Shown: one piece after another, positions 39,025-48,750 of the stretch
How the letters are laid out: the number at the start of each line of letters is the position of its first letter
How positions within the stretch are numbered: the first letter of the stretch is position 1
Assembly: GCA_016933575.1 (NCBI GenBank)
Contig: JAFGAR010000101.1
Coordinates: forward strand, 129,296-193,295
Direction of reading: 5' to 3'
DNA: 64,000 nucleotides
Source of the DNA: Candidatus Thorarchaeota archaeon
GTDB lineage: Archaea > Asgardarchaeota > Thorarchaeia > Thorarchaeales > Thorarchaeaceae
Notes under the pieces: model-generated
The model's input: only the letters and a program-made list of their open reading frames with translations
What the model was told of the DNA's origin: nothing
The model's database searches: none
Made by a program: the position numbers and the translations under genes

Positions 39025-39930
39025 GTGATTATGATGATGAATAACGAAAAAGCATACATTCAAGCTGATGACCTTGTGAAGGTCTTTAGACTCGGAAATG
39101 TGGAGGTGCAGGCACTACGAGGCCTTTCAATGAGGGTCTCAAAAGGTGAGATGATTGCTATAGTTGGCGCTAGTGGATCTGGAAAGACTACGCTTCTCAA
39201 CATCCTTGGTGGAATCACCAGAGCCACAGCAGGTAATACCGTCGTTGCAGGATATGATGTCACCAATGCCAGCCCTACACAATTAGTGGCTCTGAGAAGA
39301 GAGATTGTTGGTCACATCTTTCAGGAATTGAACCTACTTAGTACATTAACTGCATATGAGAACGTTGAGTTACCTATGCTTGCCGCTAAAAAAGATGGAA
39401 GTACCAGAAAGAGGCGAGTTGAGGAACTCCTGAATATAGTTGGCCTTGCAGATAGAATGCATCACAAACCAGATGAGCTCTCAGGAGGAGAACGTCAGCG
39501 TGTTGCTATTGCTGCAGCCATCGCAAATGATCCAATGGTGTTACTCTGTGACGAGCCAACAGGGGATCTTGATACAGAGACCGGTGCAATCATTGTTGAA
39601 TACCTACATAAAGTGAACAAGGAGTTTGGGAAAACAGTCATCATGGTCACCCATGACCCATCCATTGCGCGACAATGCGACCGTATCTTCAGAATACGAG
39701 ATGGTCAGATAATTTCAGTTCAAGCTCCCACATCCGACCAAGAGATGGGTGCAGGATCGAGAGTCGATGTCGTTCGTGAACGTCTTGAAGAAATCAAGAA
39801 GGAGATTAAACGACTAGATGAGGAGGCACAATCTGGGCAAATAGATCTTGGTATCTTTGCAGCTCAGAGAACTCGTCTTGCTGACAAGAAGAAGCTATTT
39901 GAAGAAGAGATGCATCGACTTGGCCTCTAG
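39025..39930 (+). CDS. ABC transporter ATP-binding protein (LolD/MacB-like) with C-terminal coiled-coil extension
   Basis: GASGSGKT, LSGGERQRV, LLCDEPTGDLD, VTHD. The true start is probably one of the ATGs at 39031-39037. Confidence 0.92.
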   Translation: MIMMMNNEKAYIQADDLVKVFRLGNVEVQALRGLSMRVSKGEMIAIVGASGSGKTTLLNILGGITRATAGNTVVAGYDVTNASPTQLVALRREIVGHIFQELNLLSTLTAYENVELPMLAAKKDGSTRKRRVEELLNIVGLADRMHHKPDELSGGERQRVAIAAAIANDPMVLLCDEPTGDLDTETGAIIVEYLHKVNKEFGKTVIMVTHDPSIARQCDRIFRIRDGQIISVQAPTSDQEMGAGSRVDVVRERLEEIKKEIKRLDEEAQSGQIDLGIFAAQRTRLADKKKLFEEEMHRLGL

Positions 39931-39978
39931 CTCGATACGTTTTTGATACCAAGTGCCTTTCGTAACCATGGTGATAAA

Positions 39979-40881
39979 ATGTCCCTTCCAGTTATGGTTG
40001 TTCATGGTGGAGCTACGGCCTTCAAAAAAGAATATCACGATGAGATCCTCGAAGCTGTTAGAAAAGCAGCCAGAGTAGGTCTTTGTGCTTTGAATAATGG
40101 AGGATCGTCTCTAGACGCTGTTGAATCAGCAATATATGTTCTTGAAGAAACCACGCTTTTCACTGCTGGAAGAGGAGCTAGTAAGAATAGAGATGGTGAG
40201 ATTGAGCTAGATGCAATGATTATGGACGGAAATCGCTTAGAGAGTGGTGCAGTGATGGCAGTCAGAGATATTGCTCATCCAATCTCTCTCGCCAGATATG
40301 TGCTTGAACGAACGAAGAACTACCAGATAGTTGGGTCCGGAGCAGATAAACTCTACAGACAGATGTTACAAGAAGGGTATCGAAAAGAGGTGGACACTTA
40401 TAGAACCACACAAGTGCCAATTGCTATTGGGTGTGATACCGTTGGTGCTGTCGCTGCCGATGCTTCAGGACGGCTAGCATCTGCCTCTTCAACTAGTGGT
40501 TGGCCGGGAAAACTCCCAGGACGAGTTGGTGATTCTCCAATCATCGGAGCAGGGGTCTATGCCAATGAGATTGCTGCCGCAAGTTGTACAGGAAAGGGGG
40601 AACAGATACTCAGAATAGTGATGGGACGAATGGCAGTGTATCATGTTGAGTGCGGATTTTCAGTCTATGAAGCAGCAAAGAAAGTAATGGCAGAGTTGAG
40701 ACAGAAGACCAGTGGCGAGGCTGGACTACTCTTAGCAGATAACAAAGGCAATGTCGCAATCGAATATGATACAAAGCACATGCCAACTGCAGTAGCTACT
40801 GCTACCTCTGATGATGTGTTTATATCAATGACTCCAAAGTGGCCATTGAAGTCAGCGAATTCATCATTTGTACACAATTGA
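39979..40881 (+). CDS. Isoaspartyl peptidase / L-asparaginase (Ntn hydrolase)
   Basis: VVHGGA, ELDAMIMDG, autocleavage site D|TVGAVA, STSG, GRVGDSPIIGAG, TGKGE. GGTGA RBS before ATG 39979. Confidence 0.9.
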   Translation: MSLPVMVVHGGATAFKKEYHDEILEAVRKAARVGLCALNNGGSSLDAVESAIYVLEETTLFTAGRGASKNRDGEIELDAMIMDGNRLESGAVMAVRDIAHPISLARYVLERTKNYQIVGSGADKLYRQMLQEGYRKEVDTYRTTQVPIAIGCDTVGAVAADASGRLASASSTSGWPGKLPGRVGDSPIIGAGVYANEIAAASCTGKGEQILRIVMGRMAVYHVECGFSVYEAAKKVMAELRQKTSGEAGLLLADNKGNVAIEYDTKHMPTAVATATSDDVFISMTPKWPLKSANSSFVHN

Positions 40882-41388
40882 TAGAGTCACTGAAAATACA
40901 AGTGCTGTCAGACTCACGGGTGCTGAGATGTAGTGTACCCAGACATATCCTCCTGGCGTTAGACTGTAGTTTTGAATCTCATCAAAAAAAGTCTGAATAG
41001 TTCCAGCACCGTGACGTATTGATAGACCCTCTTCACTCATTAACCAGTTAACTGTGGCATTTCTGGGATCATGATAGAAATCCAATATGGATACATTTCC
41101 ACCTGTGTATAGAATATAATTTAACAAAACATCTTCTGTACTTGAAAGCCCTTGACAAATCATTTGAACTCTGAGATAGGCGTCTAGACTTGGATGTTCT
41201 TTAACTTCAAATGATGCCCTGAAATAATAGGGATATGACTTGACATTGTATTCAGTATAACTGAATACCAAAGTCTCTTGACGTTGAGATTGTACTATGC
41301 CTACTGCAAAAATGACGATAATTATGACAAATATAGATCCAATGAGTGCGCGATAACGTACCTTCTTGTCAAAACTTGCGTCTCCCAT
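40864..41388 (-). CDS. Hypothetical N-terminally anchored membrane protein
   Basis: One N-terminal TM followed by a beta-rich domain; no recognised motif. Confidence 0.6.
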   Translation of the reverse strand: MGDASFDKKVRYRALIGSIFVIIIVIFAVGIVQSQRQETLVFSYTEYNVKSYPYYFRASFEVKEHPSLDAYLRVQMICQGLSSTEDVLLNYILYTGGNVSILDFYHDPRNATVNWLMSEEGLSIRHGAGTIQTFFDEIQNYSLTPGGYVWVHYISAPVSLTALVFSVTLSIVYK

Positions 41389-41463
41389 AATTGGTAATTA
41401 ATTTGAAGAAATATGAGCTTTTCCAAATCAAAGGTTTTCCGATTACTATCATCAATTAGATGG

Positions 41464-41943
41464 TTATTTTGAGACTAAGCTATCCTCAATGATCTTCAGG
41501 ACTTCTTCTTCGATTGTCGGTGTCATTTTTTGCTTTGTCTTGATCCTGCCTATCTCTTTACCTTCCTTATTGAAAATTAAAATTGTTGGACTACTAGTTA
41601 TTTCAAAAGTATCAACCTCTTGAGGTGAAGGTGGAACTGCCCAAAATTTCGAAGACCCATAGGAGGGTTTGGTCATTCCACCGAGAGCAGTAATCTTCTT
41701 TCCAGTATACTCTTCAACCAATGCTAACACAGGGATTGCCCTTCTGGCATCGCCACACCAATCTGCAAATACTGCAACGATGGTGAAATCATTACTATAC
41801 GTCTTAAGTCTATCAAGTATCTCTTGCTTTGGAGAGTATTCCTGTTTCTGCCTCAGAAATCCCCCTCTATACATCTGAGTCATAGATTCAATATATTCTG
41901 TGCATCCAATGGCATCATTTTGAATATCATCTAATGTAGGCAT
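41464..41943 (-). CDS. Thioredoxin-fold protein (monothiol WCGDA)
   Basis: ADWCGDA, SSPTILIFNKEGKEIGRI. Confidence 0.85.
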   Translation of the reverse strand: MPTLDDIQNDAIGCTEYIESMTQMYRGGFLRQKQEYSPKQEILDRLKTYSNDFTIVAVFADWCGDARRAIPVLALVEEYTGKKITALGGMTKPSYGSSKFWAVPPSPQEVDTFEITSSPTILIFNKEGKEIGRIKTKQKMTPTIEEEVLKIIEDSLVSK

Positions 41944-41988
41944 ATTGAGAAACCCCTGTGGTCGCTATTCAGGTCTGATTAAATAGTT

Positions 41989-42465
41989 TCACTCAGGATC
42001 ACATACAATGTCCGTGCCTTTCTGACCTTTTTTAGTTTGAAGTGGTGCTTGTTTTATCAAATGTACGAGCTTTCCTAGATCTGTGGAATGTGACTTTTCT
42101 TCATCCTTCATGTGCTGAAGGAGTAATTTGGCTATTGGATCATTTATCTTGTTCAAGGCTTGGTCCAAAAGACTGACCATTTTGCCTTCATCCTTAACTA
42201 AGGCTTCGAGTTCACGTTCAAGTTTAATTCTACCCGCATATCTACCCACCTTTGCTGACCATTCATCACAAGGTGTTGTCGTTAGTAGTTCTATCATTCC
42301 TTCTAGGAATTTGATATGCTTCCATGTATCCAAACGAAGATCCATGAAGGCCAATCTAACGGCTGTTTCTTTTGCTTCTTCCTCCAGCTTAACAAGTTTG
42401 TCTAAGGTCTTCTGTTCAACATCTATCTGTTTCTTGAAGATATCTTCAATCTGCGTTGTACTCAC
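41989..42465 (-). CDS. Ferritin-like / rubrerythrin-like four-helix bundle protein
   Basis: Duplicated helix pairs with E...DxxKH and E...DEEKSH ligand patterns. Confidence 0.75.
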   Translation of the reverse strand: MSTTQIEDIFKKQIDVEQKTLDKLVKLEEEAKETAVRLAFMDLRLDTWKHIKFLEGMIELLTTTPCDEWSAKVGRYAGRIKLERELEALVKDEGKMVSLLDQALNKINDPIAKLLLQHMKDEEKSHSTDLGKLVHLIKQAPLQTKKGQKGTDIVCDPE

Positions 42466-42566
42466 GTGTTTATCTCCCTGAGTTATTTAACAATAGTTAT
42501 TTTTTATTGGTACGCATATATAAGATTATGGCTGTTACAATTCTTAGAGAGGCTTCATTTTAAATG

Positions 42567-43574
42567 TTAAGTTCCAATAAACAATGACCTTCTGTAGTCT
42601 GGATGATCGAATTCTTGGTCTTTCTCGTACTCATTTCCCAAAAACTGATTCATCATCAGAGCTGCATAATTCCCAGTACCAACAGCCATAGCTACCTGCT
42701 GCGTTATAGGGCGAACATCTCCAGCAGCCCATATTCCTTCAGTGCTGGTCTTCCCTCGATGATCAGTGAGAATATTCCCTTTTACATCAGTTTCAATACC
42801 TATCTGTTGTGCAAGTTCTGACCTAGCTACATCTACGAAAGCAACAAAAAACACGTTCGTCTTCAGTTTTCTACCATCATCAAGGGTGACGGATTGAACA
42901 ACTCCTGGTCTAGGAAAGGCTATTGATTTGATTTTTCCCTTGGTCCACGGAAACGGAGAATCGTCTAATTTCGATAGATCTTGATTCTCAATTGGAACAT
43001 ATGCATCTTCTGTCATTAGAATCTGAATCTTATCTGTGAACCGGCTAAGTGAGTTGGCAACATGAAGAGCACTGCCAACAGTGCCTGCATTTACAACTAG
43101 CACTTCTTTACCTTTGCATAGGGGAGCTTCACAGTCCGGGCAATAGAACGCCCCGTTGCCTACATTTGCGACTGGCAACCATCCTCTCCATTGTCCATTA
43201 ACCTTGGGATGTTTTCGAGAGGTTCCTGTAGCAATTAGGAGAATCTTGGTGTGATATTCGTTCTTGTCATCAGCCCTATAACTTGGAGTTGTTACTATTT
43301 TGAAATCAGGATAACGTCCAGAGATCTCTATAACATCTCCCGCGACGAATTTTGCTCCTGCAGCACGAGCTTCACCCTGCATGCTACGTAATAGACTTCT
43401 TCCTTCATGATAGACAGACCCTGAGAAATTCAGGATTGAGTTTGTATGGAAGTGCATAGGACTTGTACCACGATCTATGACCAAGACAGAACGTTCATGG
43501 TATGCAAGATGAAGGGCTGCTGAGCATCCTGCAGGTCCTCCGCCAATGATTATTGCGTCGTAAATCTTAACCAT
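42567..43574 (-). CDS. Thioredoxin reductase-like FAD oxidoreductase
   Basis: GGGPAG, LIATG, YCPDCE, WAAGD. The NAD(P)H-binding motif is divergent (VVNAGTVG). Confidence 0.85.
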   Translation of the reverse strand: MVKIYDAIIIGGGPAGCSAALHLAYHERSVLVIDRGTSPMHFHTNSILNFSGSVYHEGRSLLRSMQGEARAAGAKFVAGDVIEISGRYPDFKIVTTPSYRADDKNEYHTKILLIATGTSRKHPKVNGQWRGWLPVANVGNGAFYCPDCEAPLCKGKEVLVVNAGTVGSALHVANSLSRFTDKIQILMTEDAYVPIENQDLSKLDDSPFPWTKGKIKSIAFPRPGVVQSVTLDDGRKLKTNVFFVAFVDVARSELAQQIGIETDVKGNILTDHRGKTSTEGIWAAGDVRPITQQVAMAVGTGNYAALMMNQFLGNEYEKDQEFDHPDYRRSLFIGT

Positions 43575-43768
43575 AGTAAAGAAACCTCAAGCGATACATT
43601 CATTGCCATATTAATAACTCTATGGAGATGTGCATATCAAGCTGGAGAACGAATGATAAGTCATGCTATCTTGCATCTTTTTATTACTAAAGCTCCGCTC
43701 AATATAGTAGAATGAAACATAAACGATATTAGAGAGAATTACAGTACCTCAGATAGGAGTCGGGTAGT

Positions 43769-44902
43769 ATGTCACGGAAAGTTATCATTCTATTCTTTCT
43801 ACTTGCTATTCTCTCACTCAATGTCTTGATTCAGAATAATACATCTTTCTCAACTCAGATGGAAAAAATTTACAACAATAAGCTATCTGAATCAAGCTCT
43901 CTTATCTGGCATGATGATTGTAGCAATACATCCTCATTCCCAGACTTAGCCAATGCATGGTACAATGGTGCAATGGGTGATATTGCTTCAGCTAATGGAT
44001 ACATCTATGCTACAAATTATGGATCTGCATCTGGAGAACATGGTCCAGTTTATTATCATACATTCACATCAACTATTCCAATTAGCCAACTGGATTGGAT
44101 TGAGGCGGAAATTCAACTTGATGGATCATCAGCAATAGGTGCAGCAGCTATCATGCTCTATGATAGTGATTATAAACGAATAGCTATCCTTGATGTAGCT
44201 GATTCTTGGATTGCCGATAATGAAGCCGCAGCATATGCTGGTTGGTATGATGTTGATTTCAATGCTGCATATACTCCGAAAAATCATCCCGGGGACACTC
44301 TTCTAGAACCATATCGTGAAACCTTACGATTAGAGATTAATAGTACTGGATTATTTGGATTGATTCCTCGAGTTGGCGAATACAAGATGCTTGATGTAAC
44401 TGATCTTGAACTTGAAAGAGAGATATCCTATCTTTGCGTGCAATTTAGGCAAAAGGATTCTTACACTCCTTGCCAAACAATGAAGATCTATGATATTCAA
44501 ATGAAATATCGAATTATTGAAGAAGATACGACTTCTTCAACAATTACTCATCCACCTGATATGATCATACCTCCAAGTCATACGAATTATTCAATCACAT
44601 GGCTCGCATATGATCTATATCCAGCAACCTACAATATATACCAGAATGGTTCTTTGGTTTCCTCAAGAAGCTGGGACAATGATGCTATTATCTATAATCT
44701 TACAGCATTGGAACTTGGGACATATGAGTATCTAATCGTTATTTATGATACATCAGGGAATTCAGCTGTTGATGTTGTTATGGTATTTGTTAGGGAAATC
44801 CCTAATTTATCCAATCCTCTTGATTATCAACTTATAATCTCAATTGGAGCAATTGTTGTCATAATTATTTTCGTAGGAGTCATAATCAAAAATAGAGGTT
44901 AA
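43769..44902 (+). CDS. Membrane-anchored extracellular protein (beta-sandwich plus Ig-like module)
   Basis: Signal peptide, TITHPPD...ITW...GTYEY...D.SGN...D.V module, C-terminal TM plus KNRG. Confidence 0.75.
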   Translation: MSRKVIILFFLLAILSLNVLIQNNTSFSTQMEKIYNNKLSESSSLIWHDDCSNTSSFPDLANAWYNGAMGDIASANGYIYATNYGSASGEHGPVYYHTFTSTIPISQLDWIEAEIQLDGSSAIGAAAIMLYDSDYKRIAILDVADSWIADNEAAAYAGWYDVDFNAAYTPKNHPGDTLLEPYRETLRLEINSTGLFGLIPRVGEYKMLDVTDLELEREISYLCVQFRQKDSYTPCQTMKIYDIQMKYRIIEEDTTSSTITHPPDMIIPPSHTNYSITWLAYDLYPATYNIYQNGSLVSSRSWDNDAIIYNLTALELGTYEYLIVIYDTSGNSAVDVVMVFVREIPNLSNPLDYQLIISIGAIVVIIIFVGVIIKNRG

Positions 44903-45171
44903 GATTTGTTGTTGCTACAAGAGTATAATTAGTGAAATAGTTTATTTCACAAGATTTGAAATTGATTTCCATTGGAATTTGTCGCAAATAGCATCGGTAA
45001 TATGCCTCTACCTATCACAAGAATGGGAGGTCCTGGTATGTCAGGTTCATCACTGCTTGACAATCAATAAAACCATCTATGATAAGAGAATCATACATAC
45101 TGTCGTCTGCTTTCCCAGATTTATGACGCATTTTATTTCTAGCAAATCTGCTGTGTGTTGCACTATGTATT

Positions 45172-45804
45172 TTAGTTGCCCAAGCATGTTGAACAAGTAT
45201 TACAGCCTAAGTCAAAAGCTTTTGAATTGACATCAACTGTCTTTGAGGGAACTAGGGCTAATAGTGCTTTTTTGACAATATTTGCACTAATTGGAAAGTC
45301 GGCACATGCTACGGTAGCACCAATGAGAACCGAATTCTCGGTTCGAGCATTTCCTGCTTCCAAAGCCAAATTGAGAGAATCTAAGAGAACCACATGATCT
45401 GTGACCTGATTTAGTCGTTCCATGATTTGTTCGACCGTAATGTATTTGGTTTTCTTCTCCTTGTCCAAAGCTACAGTTTTTGTTTCTGTCACAGAGGGCA
45501 TGATTCGATTACTCATGATTACTACGCTATCTTCTTTGAGATATTCTATGTATCTCAGTGCTTCACTAGCTTCCATTGCAATCATCATATCCGCTTTGCC
45601 ATAAGGAATAAGAGGTGATATTGGATTGCCCATTCGGAAATGGACATAGATTGACCCCTGCCTTTGTGAGAGACCATGCTGCTCGCCTGTCATGACCTTG
45701 AGTTCTGAATCAACAGCTGCTTTTCCAAGGATTGCTGACAGTAGCATTAGACCCTGACCACCAACTCCACAGAAGAGGATATTGTATGTATTCTCTTTAT
45801 CCAT
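45172..45804 (-). CDS. iorB: Indolepyruvate:ferredoxin oxidoreductase beta subunit
   Basis: GVGGQG, EQHGLSQRQGS, EALRY; adjacent to iorA. Confidence 0.92.
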   Translation of the reverse strand: MDKENTYNILFCGVGGQGLMLLSAILGKAAVDSELKVMTGEQHGLSQRQGSIYVHFRMGNPISPLIPYGKADMMIAMEASEALRYIEYLKEDSVVIMSNRIMPSVTETKTVALDKEKKTKYITVEQIMERLNQVTDHVVLLDSLNLALEAGNARTENSVLIGATVACADFPISANIVKKALLALVPSKTVDVNSKAFDLGCNTCSTCLGN

Positions 45805-47705
45805 TATTTCTCCACCTCCAGATGTCTGGGTGCATCAACAGGACACACTTGTCTACATTCCAAGCAACCATCGCACAGGTCCTGTTGGATAATCATCTTA
45901 TGGTCCAATTCGTCTATTGTAATTGCAGGACAGTAGAACTCCTTTACACAAGCATAGATACCCCGACATGTGTCTTTTACATTCTCACTCGGGATTATCT
46001 TTTCTCCACCCTGTTTCTTGAGACGATCTCCATATAGTGCGCATTCTCTTCTAGAGATAATTACATTGAAACCATCTCGATTGATTGCATCCTTTATTGG
46101 AGTTATACAATCACGAGTCTCATATGGATCAATAATTGTTACAGAATCCGCATCAAGAGCTTCGAACAGCTTTTCCATGTTTATCTTTCGAGCTGGATGC
46201 CCTCCAGCATTGAATGGTGAATTGGGATTATACTGTTGACCAGTCATAGCAGTTACACTATTGTCCAAGACGAAAAGGGTCACATTCGAATTGTGATGGA
46301 TAAGATTGACAATCCCAGGTAGAGCTGCATGATATAACGTGCTATCTCCAACCATTGCTATCACCTTATCTTCTAAAGCCATCTCCATTCCTGCAGAAAC
46401 TCCAAGTGAGGCTCCCATCGCTAACATGGAATCACTAAATTCATTCGGTGGAAGGAATGCCATACTATAGCAACCTATGTCGTTGTTGAATACAATTTTC
46501 TCTCTGATTCTCAGCTGTTGCAGAGCCTGTCGAAATGCCCATAATGTACCTCTATGAGGGCATCCCGGACAAAAGATGGGGGGTCGCTCTGGAAGAATAT
46601 CTTTGAGTCTTGATGCCTTTGCAAGAATAGCATCATAATCTGCACTCACCTTCTTCCCGAGAATCTCAGCCAGAGCCTTTTCGACAATTGGAACATTGTA
46701 CTCAAGCATTTCACTGAAATGTCCAGTCTTTTTGCCAAGAATTGTAAGATTTGGTTTGACCGTGTGTGCTAGTGCTGCAATTCGTGTCTCAAGGTATGGG
46801 GTTAATTCTTCTACTACAATAAGTGTGGACAATGATTTCAAAAACTCAGAGAGTTTCTTCTCTGGCAATGGGAAAATGCTTCCGAGCTTGAATATTGGCA
46901 ACTCATAATTAAGATTCTGCATTGCTTCCAGTGTATGAAGATAACAGACACCAGAAGTAAGAATCCCCACATTGCCGCTGCCTGGTACAACTCTATTGAA
47001 TTCAGTTGTCTCCATTTCTTTTTTGATAGCTTTATTCTTTTCCAGTAATTTTGCCTTGAGTGCCCTTGCGACTGAACCAACTGTAAAGTACTGCCCTTTG
47101 ACATCTTGCCACTTGTTCTTCTTGAAAGCTGTTCTATTCAATTTTCCAAGTTTGACCATTCCTCTCTGATGATTCACTCGAGTCGTAGTTCTAAGGATGA
47201 CAAGCGTCTTATGTTTCTCAGAAAGCTCGAACGCCCATTTGGTCATATCAAGGGCTTCCTGAGCTGTGGCAGGTTCGAGCATTGGCACATAGGCGGCTTC
47301 TCCGAAGTAACGTCCATCTTGTTCAGACTGAGACGAGTGAGCATATGGATCATCTGCAATTAAACAGACACATCCAGCATTAAGTCCAGTATATCCTATA
47401 CTAAACATCGAATCACTGGCAACATTCATTCCGACACTCTTCATAGATGTAAATGACCTCTGTCCAGCCATTGATGCTCCTGCAACGGTCTCAAGAGCTA
47501 CTTTCTCATTCGCTGAGATATGCATCTTGTAATCTCCAAAGTGATCTATAACTTCACTAAAAGTATCCAGAATTTCAGAGGTGGGAGAACCAGGATAAAA
47601 CGCAACAATCTTGACATCTGATTCTAAAGCTCCACGTACGACCGCTTCATTTGCAAGCATAAGTGCATAGCCAGTGTCAGTCCGTTTGACATCCTCTACT
47701 GTCAT
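45804..47705 (-). CDS. iorA: Indolepyruvate:ferredoxin oxidoreductase alpha subunit
   Basis: YPGSPTSEI, NEKVALE, DDP...SSQSEQD, RPPIFCPGCPH, DIGCY, GDST, C-terminal ferredoxin CDGCLECRQVCP. ORF track start is 47726. Confidence 0.95.
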   Translation of the reverse strand: MTVEDVKRTDTGYALMLANEAVVRGALESDVKIVAFYPGSPTSEILDTFSEVIDHFGDYKMHISANEKVALETVAGASMAGQRSFTSMKSVGMNVASDSMFSIGYTGLNAGCVCLIADDPYAHSSQSEQDGRYFGEAAYVPMLEPATAQEALDMTKWAFELSEKHKTLVILRTTTRVNHQRGMVKLGKLNRTAFKKNKWQDVKGQYFTVGSVARALKAKLLEKNKAIKKEMETTEFNRVVPGSGNVGILTSGVCYLHTLEAMQNLNYELPIFKLGSIFPLPEKKLSEFLKSLSTLIVVEELTPYLETRIAALAHTVKPNLTILGKKTGHFSEMLEYNVPIVEKALAEILGKKVSADYDAILAKASRLKDILPERPPIFCPGCPHRGTLWAFRQALQQLRIREKIVFNNDIGCYSMAFLPPNEFSDSMLAMGASLGVSAGMEMALEDKVIAMVGDSTLYHAALPGIVNLIHHNSNVTLFVLDNSVTAMTGQQYNPNSPFNAGGHPARKINMEKLFEALDADSVTIIDPYETRDCITPIKDAINRDGFNVIISRRECALYGDRLKKQGGEKIIPSENVKDTCRGIYACVKEFYCPAITIDELDHKMIIQQDLCDGCLECRQVCPVDAPRHLEVEK

Positions 47706-48074
47706 GAAAAGACCTCTCATTATCAACTTGAGTTATCCAGTATCCGTCATTTTCAAACATAAGGATTCGGAAATGACGAAGAAACTCGAATTCTTAGGAT
47801 TTATTCAGTTCCTCGTCTGTCGATTTTGTGAACGCGATTAGTCGAAGTATCTATATTTACATTGCTGATAGAATTCAAACGGGATCATTCAACATCAATG
47901 CGCAAGGACGTGCCACACTCATATTGACCTTAGAATTCAATGCCCAGAATGTAAAGGCAAAGTCTTGATTTATTTCGTGCAAATAATGCCTATAAGGCTC
48001 AGAAAAATAACAGTTATGCTTACAGTGCGTTGTAGATAGTATAGAATTTCATTTCATAATAAGGAGTCAAAAAA

Positions 48075-48359
48075 ATGCATCTGATGTTCTCCTGCCCTGA
48101 ATGCTCTTCAGGTGCTGTAATTGAGTTAACTGATGAAGAGGTCAGCTCGATAAAAAGTACAATCAAAGAAAGCGGCAGATCTCCCACTCTACTCACAAAG
48201 TGTGAAAATGGGCATGAACTACTAGTGACACTCTACTTCAGAGATGATGAACTAGGAGTTCGTGATATTGCAGTCCCAATTGGGACAAGCAAGAAGGAAG
48301 AGAAACCAAGCAAAAAGCTGTCGGGTGAACTTGATTGGGTAAAGGATGTTTTTGGGTGA
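48075..48359 (+). CDS. Small Zn-ribbon protein (CPEC...CENGH)
   Basis: GGAG RBS, CxxC plus CxxxH ligands; first gene of a four-gene operon. Confidence 0.75.
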   Translation: MHLMFSCPECSSGAVIELTDEEVSSIKSTIKESGRSPTLLTKCENGHELLVTLYFRDDELGVRDIAVPIGTSKKEEKPSKKLSGELDWVKDVFG

Positions 48360-48363
48360 TACA

Positions 48364-48735
48364 ATGGCAGTAACATTAGTAGCTAGAGTTCAACTGACAA
48401 CGATGGAACCGACTGTCCTCTATCCGATTGATGGTGGAGATGAACAACGAATTGCTATGTTAGCTGGAATTGTCCAGATAGTCTCAACTGCTCTTGAGAG
48501 AACGGATGATGCTGAGAAGGCAAATATGCACTTCATGAAATCAGAGAGAGGCGTCATTGGGTATAGCAAAAAAGGCTCTTCCGTCATTATTTGTGAAGGC
48601 GATTCTGAGTCGGAAACAAGCGATGCGCTTAAAGCTGTATTGGATTCAAAAAATGGTTCTAGTACTGATATCTCAAAGAAGATTGATAAAATCATTCAGC
48701 AACGCGGCAAGGAAATAGGTGATCTGTGGAAATAG
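48364..48735 (+). CDS. Small longin/roadblock (profilin-like fold) protein
   Basis: GGTGA RBS. Pattern of beta-beta, helix (IAMLAGIVQIVSTAL), three strands, helix, ~120 aa. The fold call is an inference. Confidence 0.55.
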   Translation: MAVTLVARVQLTTMEPTVLYPIDGGDEQRIAMLAGIVQIVSTALERTDDAEKANMHFMKSERGVIGYSKKGSSVIICEGDSESETSDALKAVLDSKNGSSTDISKKIDKIIQQRGKEIGDLWK

Positions 48736-48750
48736 ATTTCTCGGGAGGCT

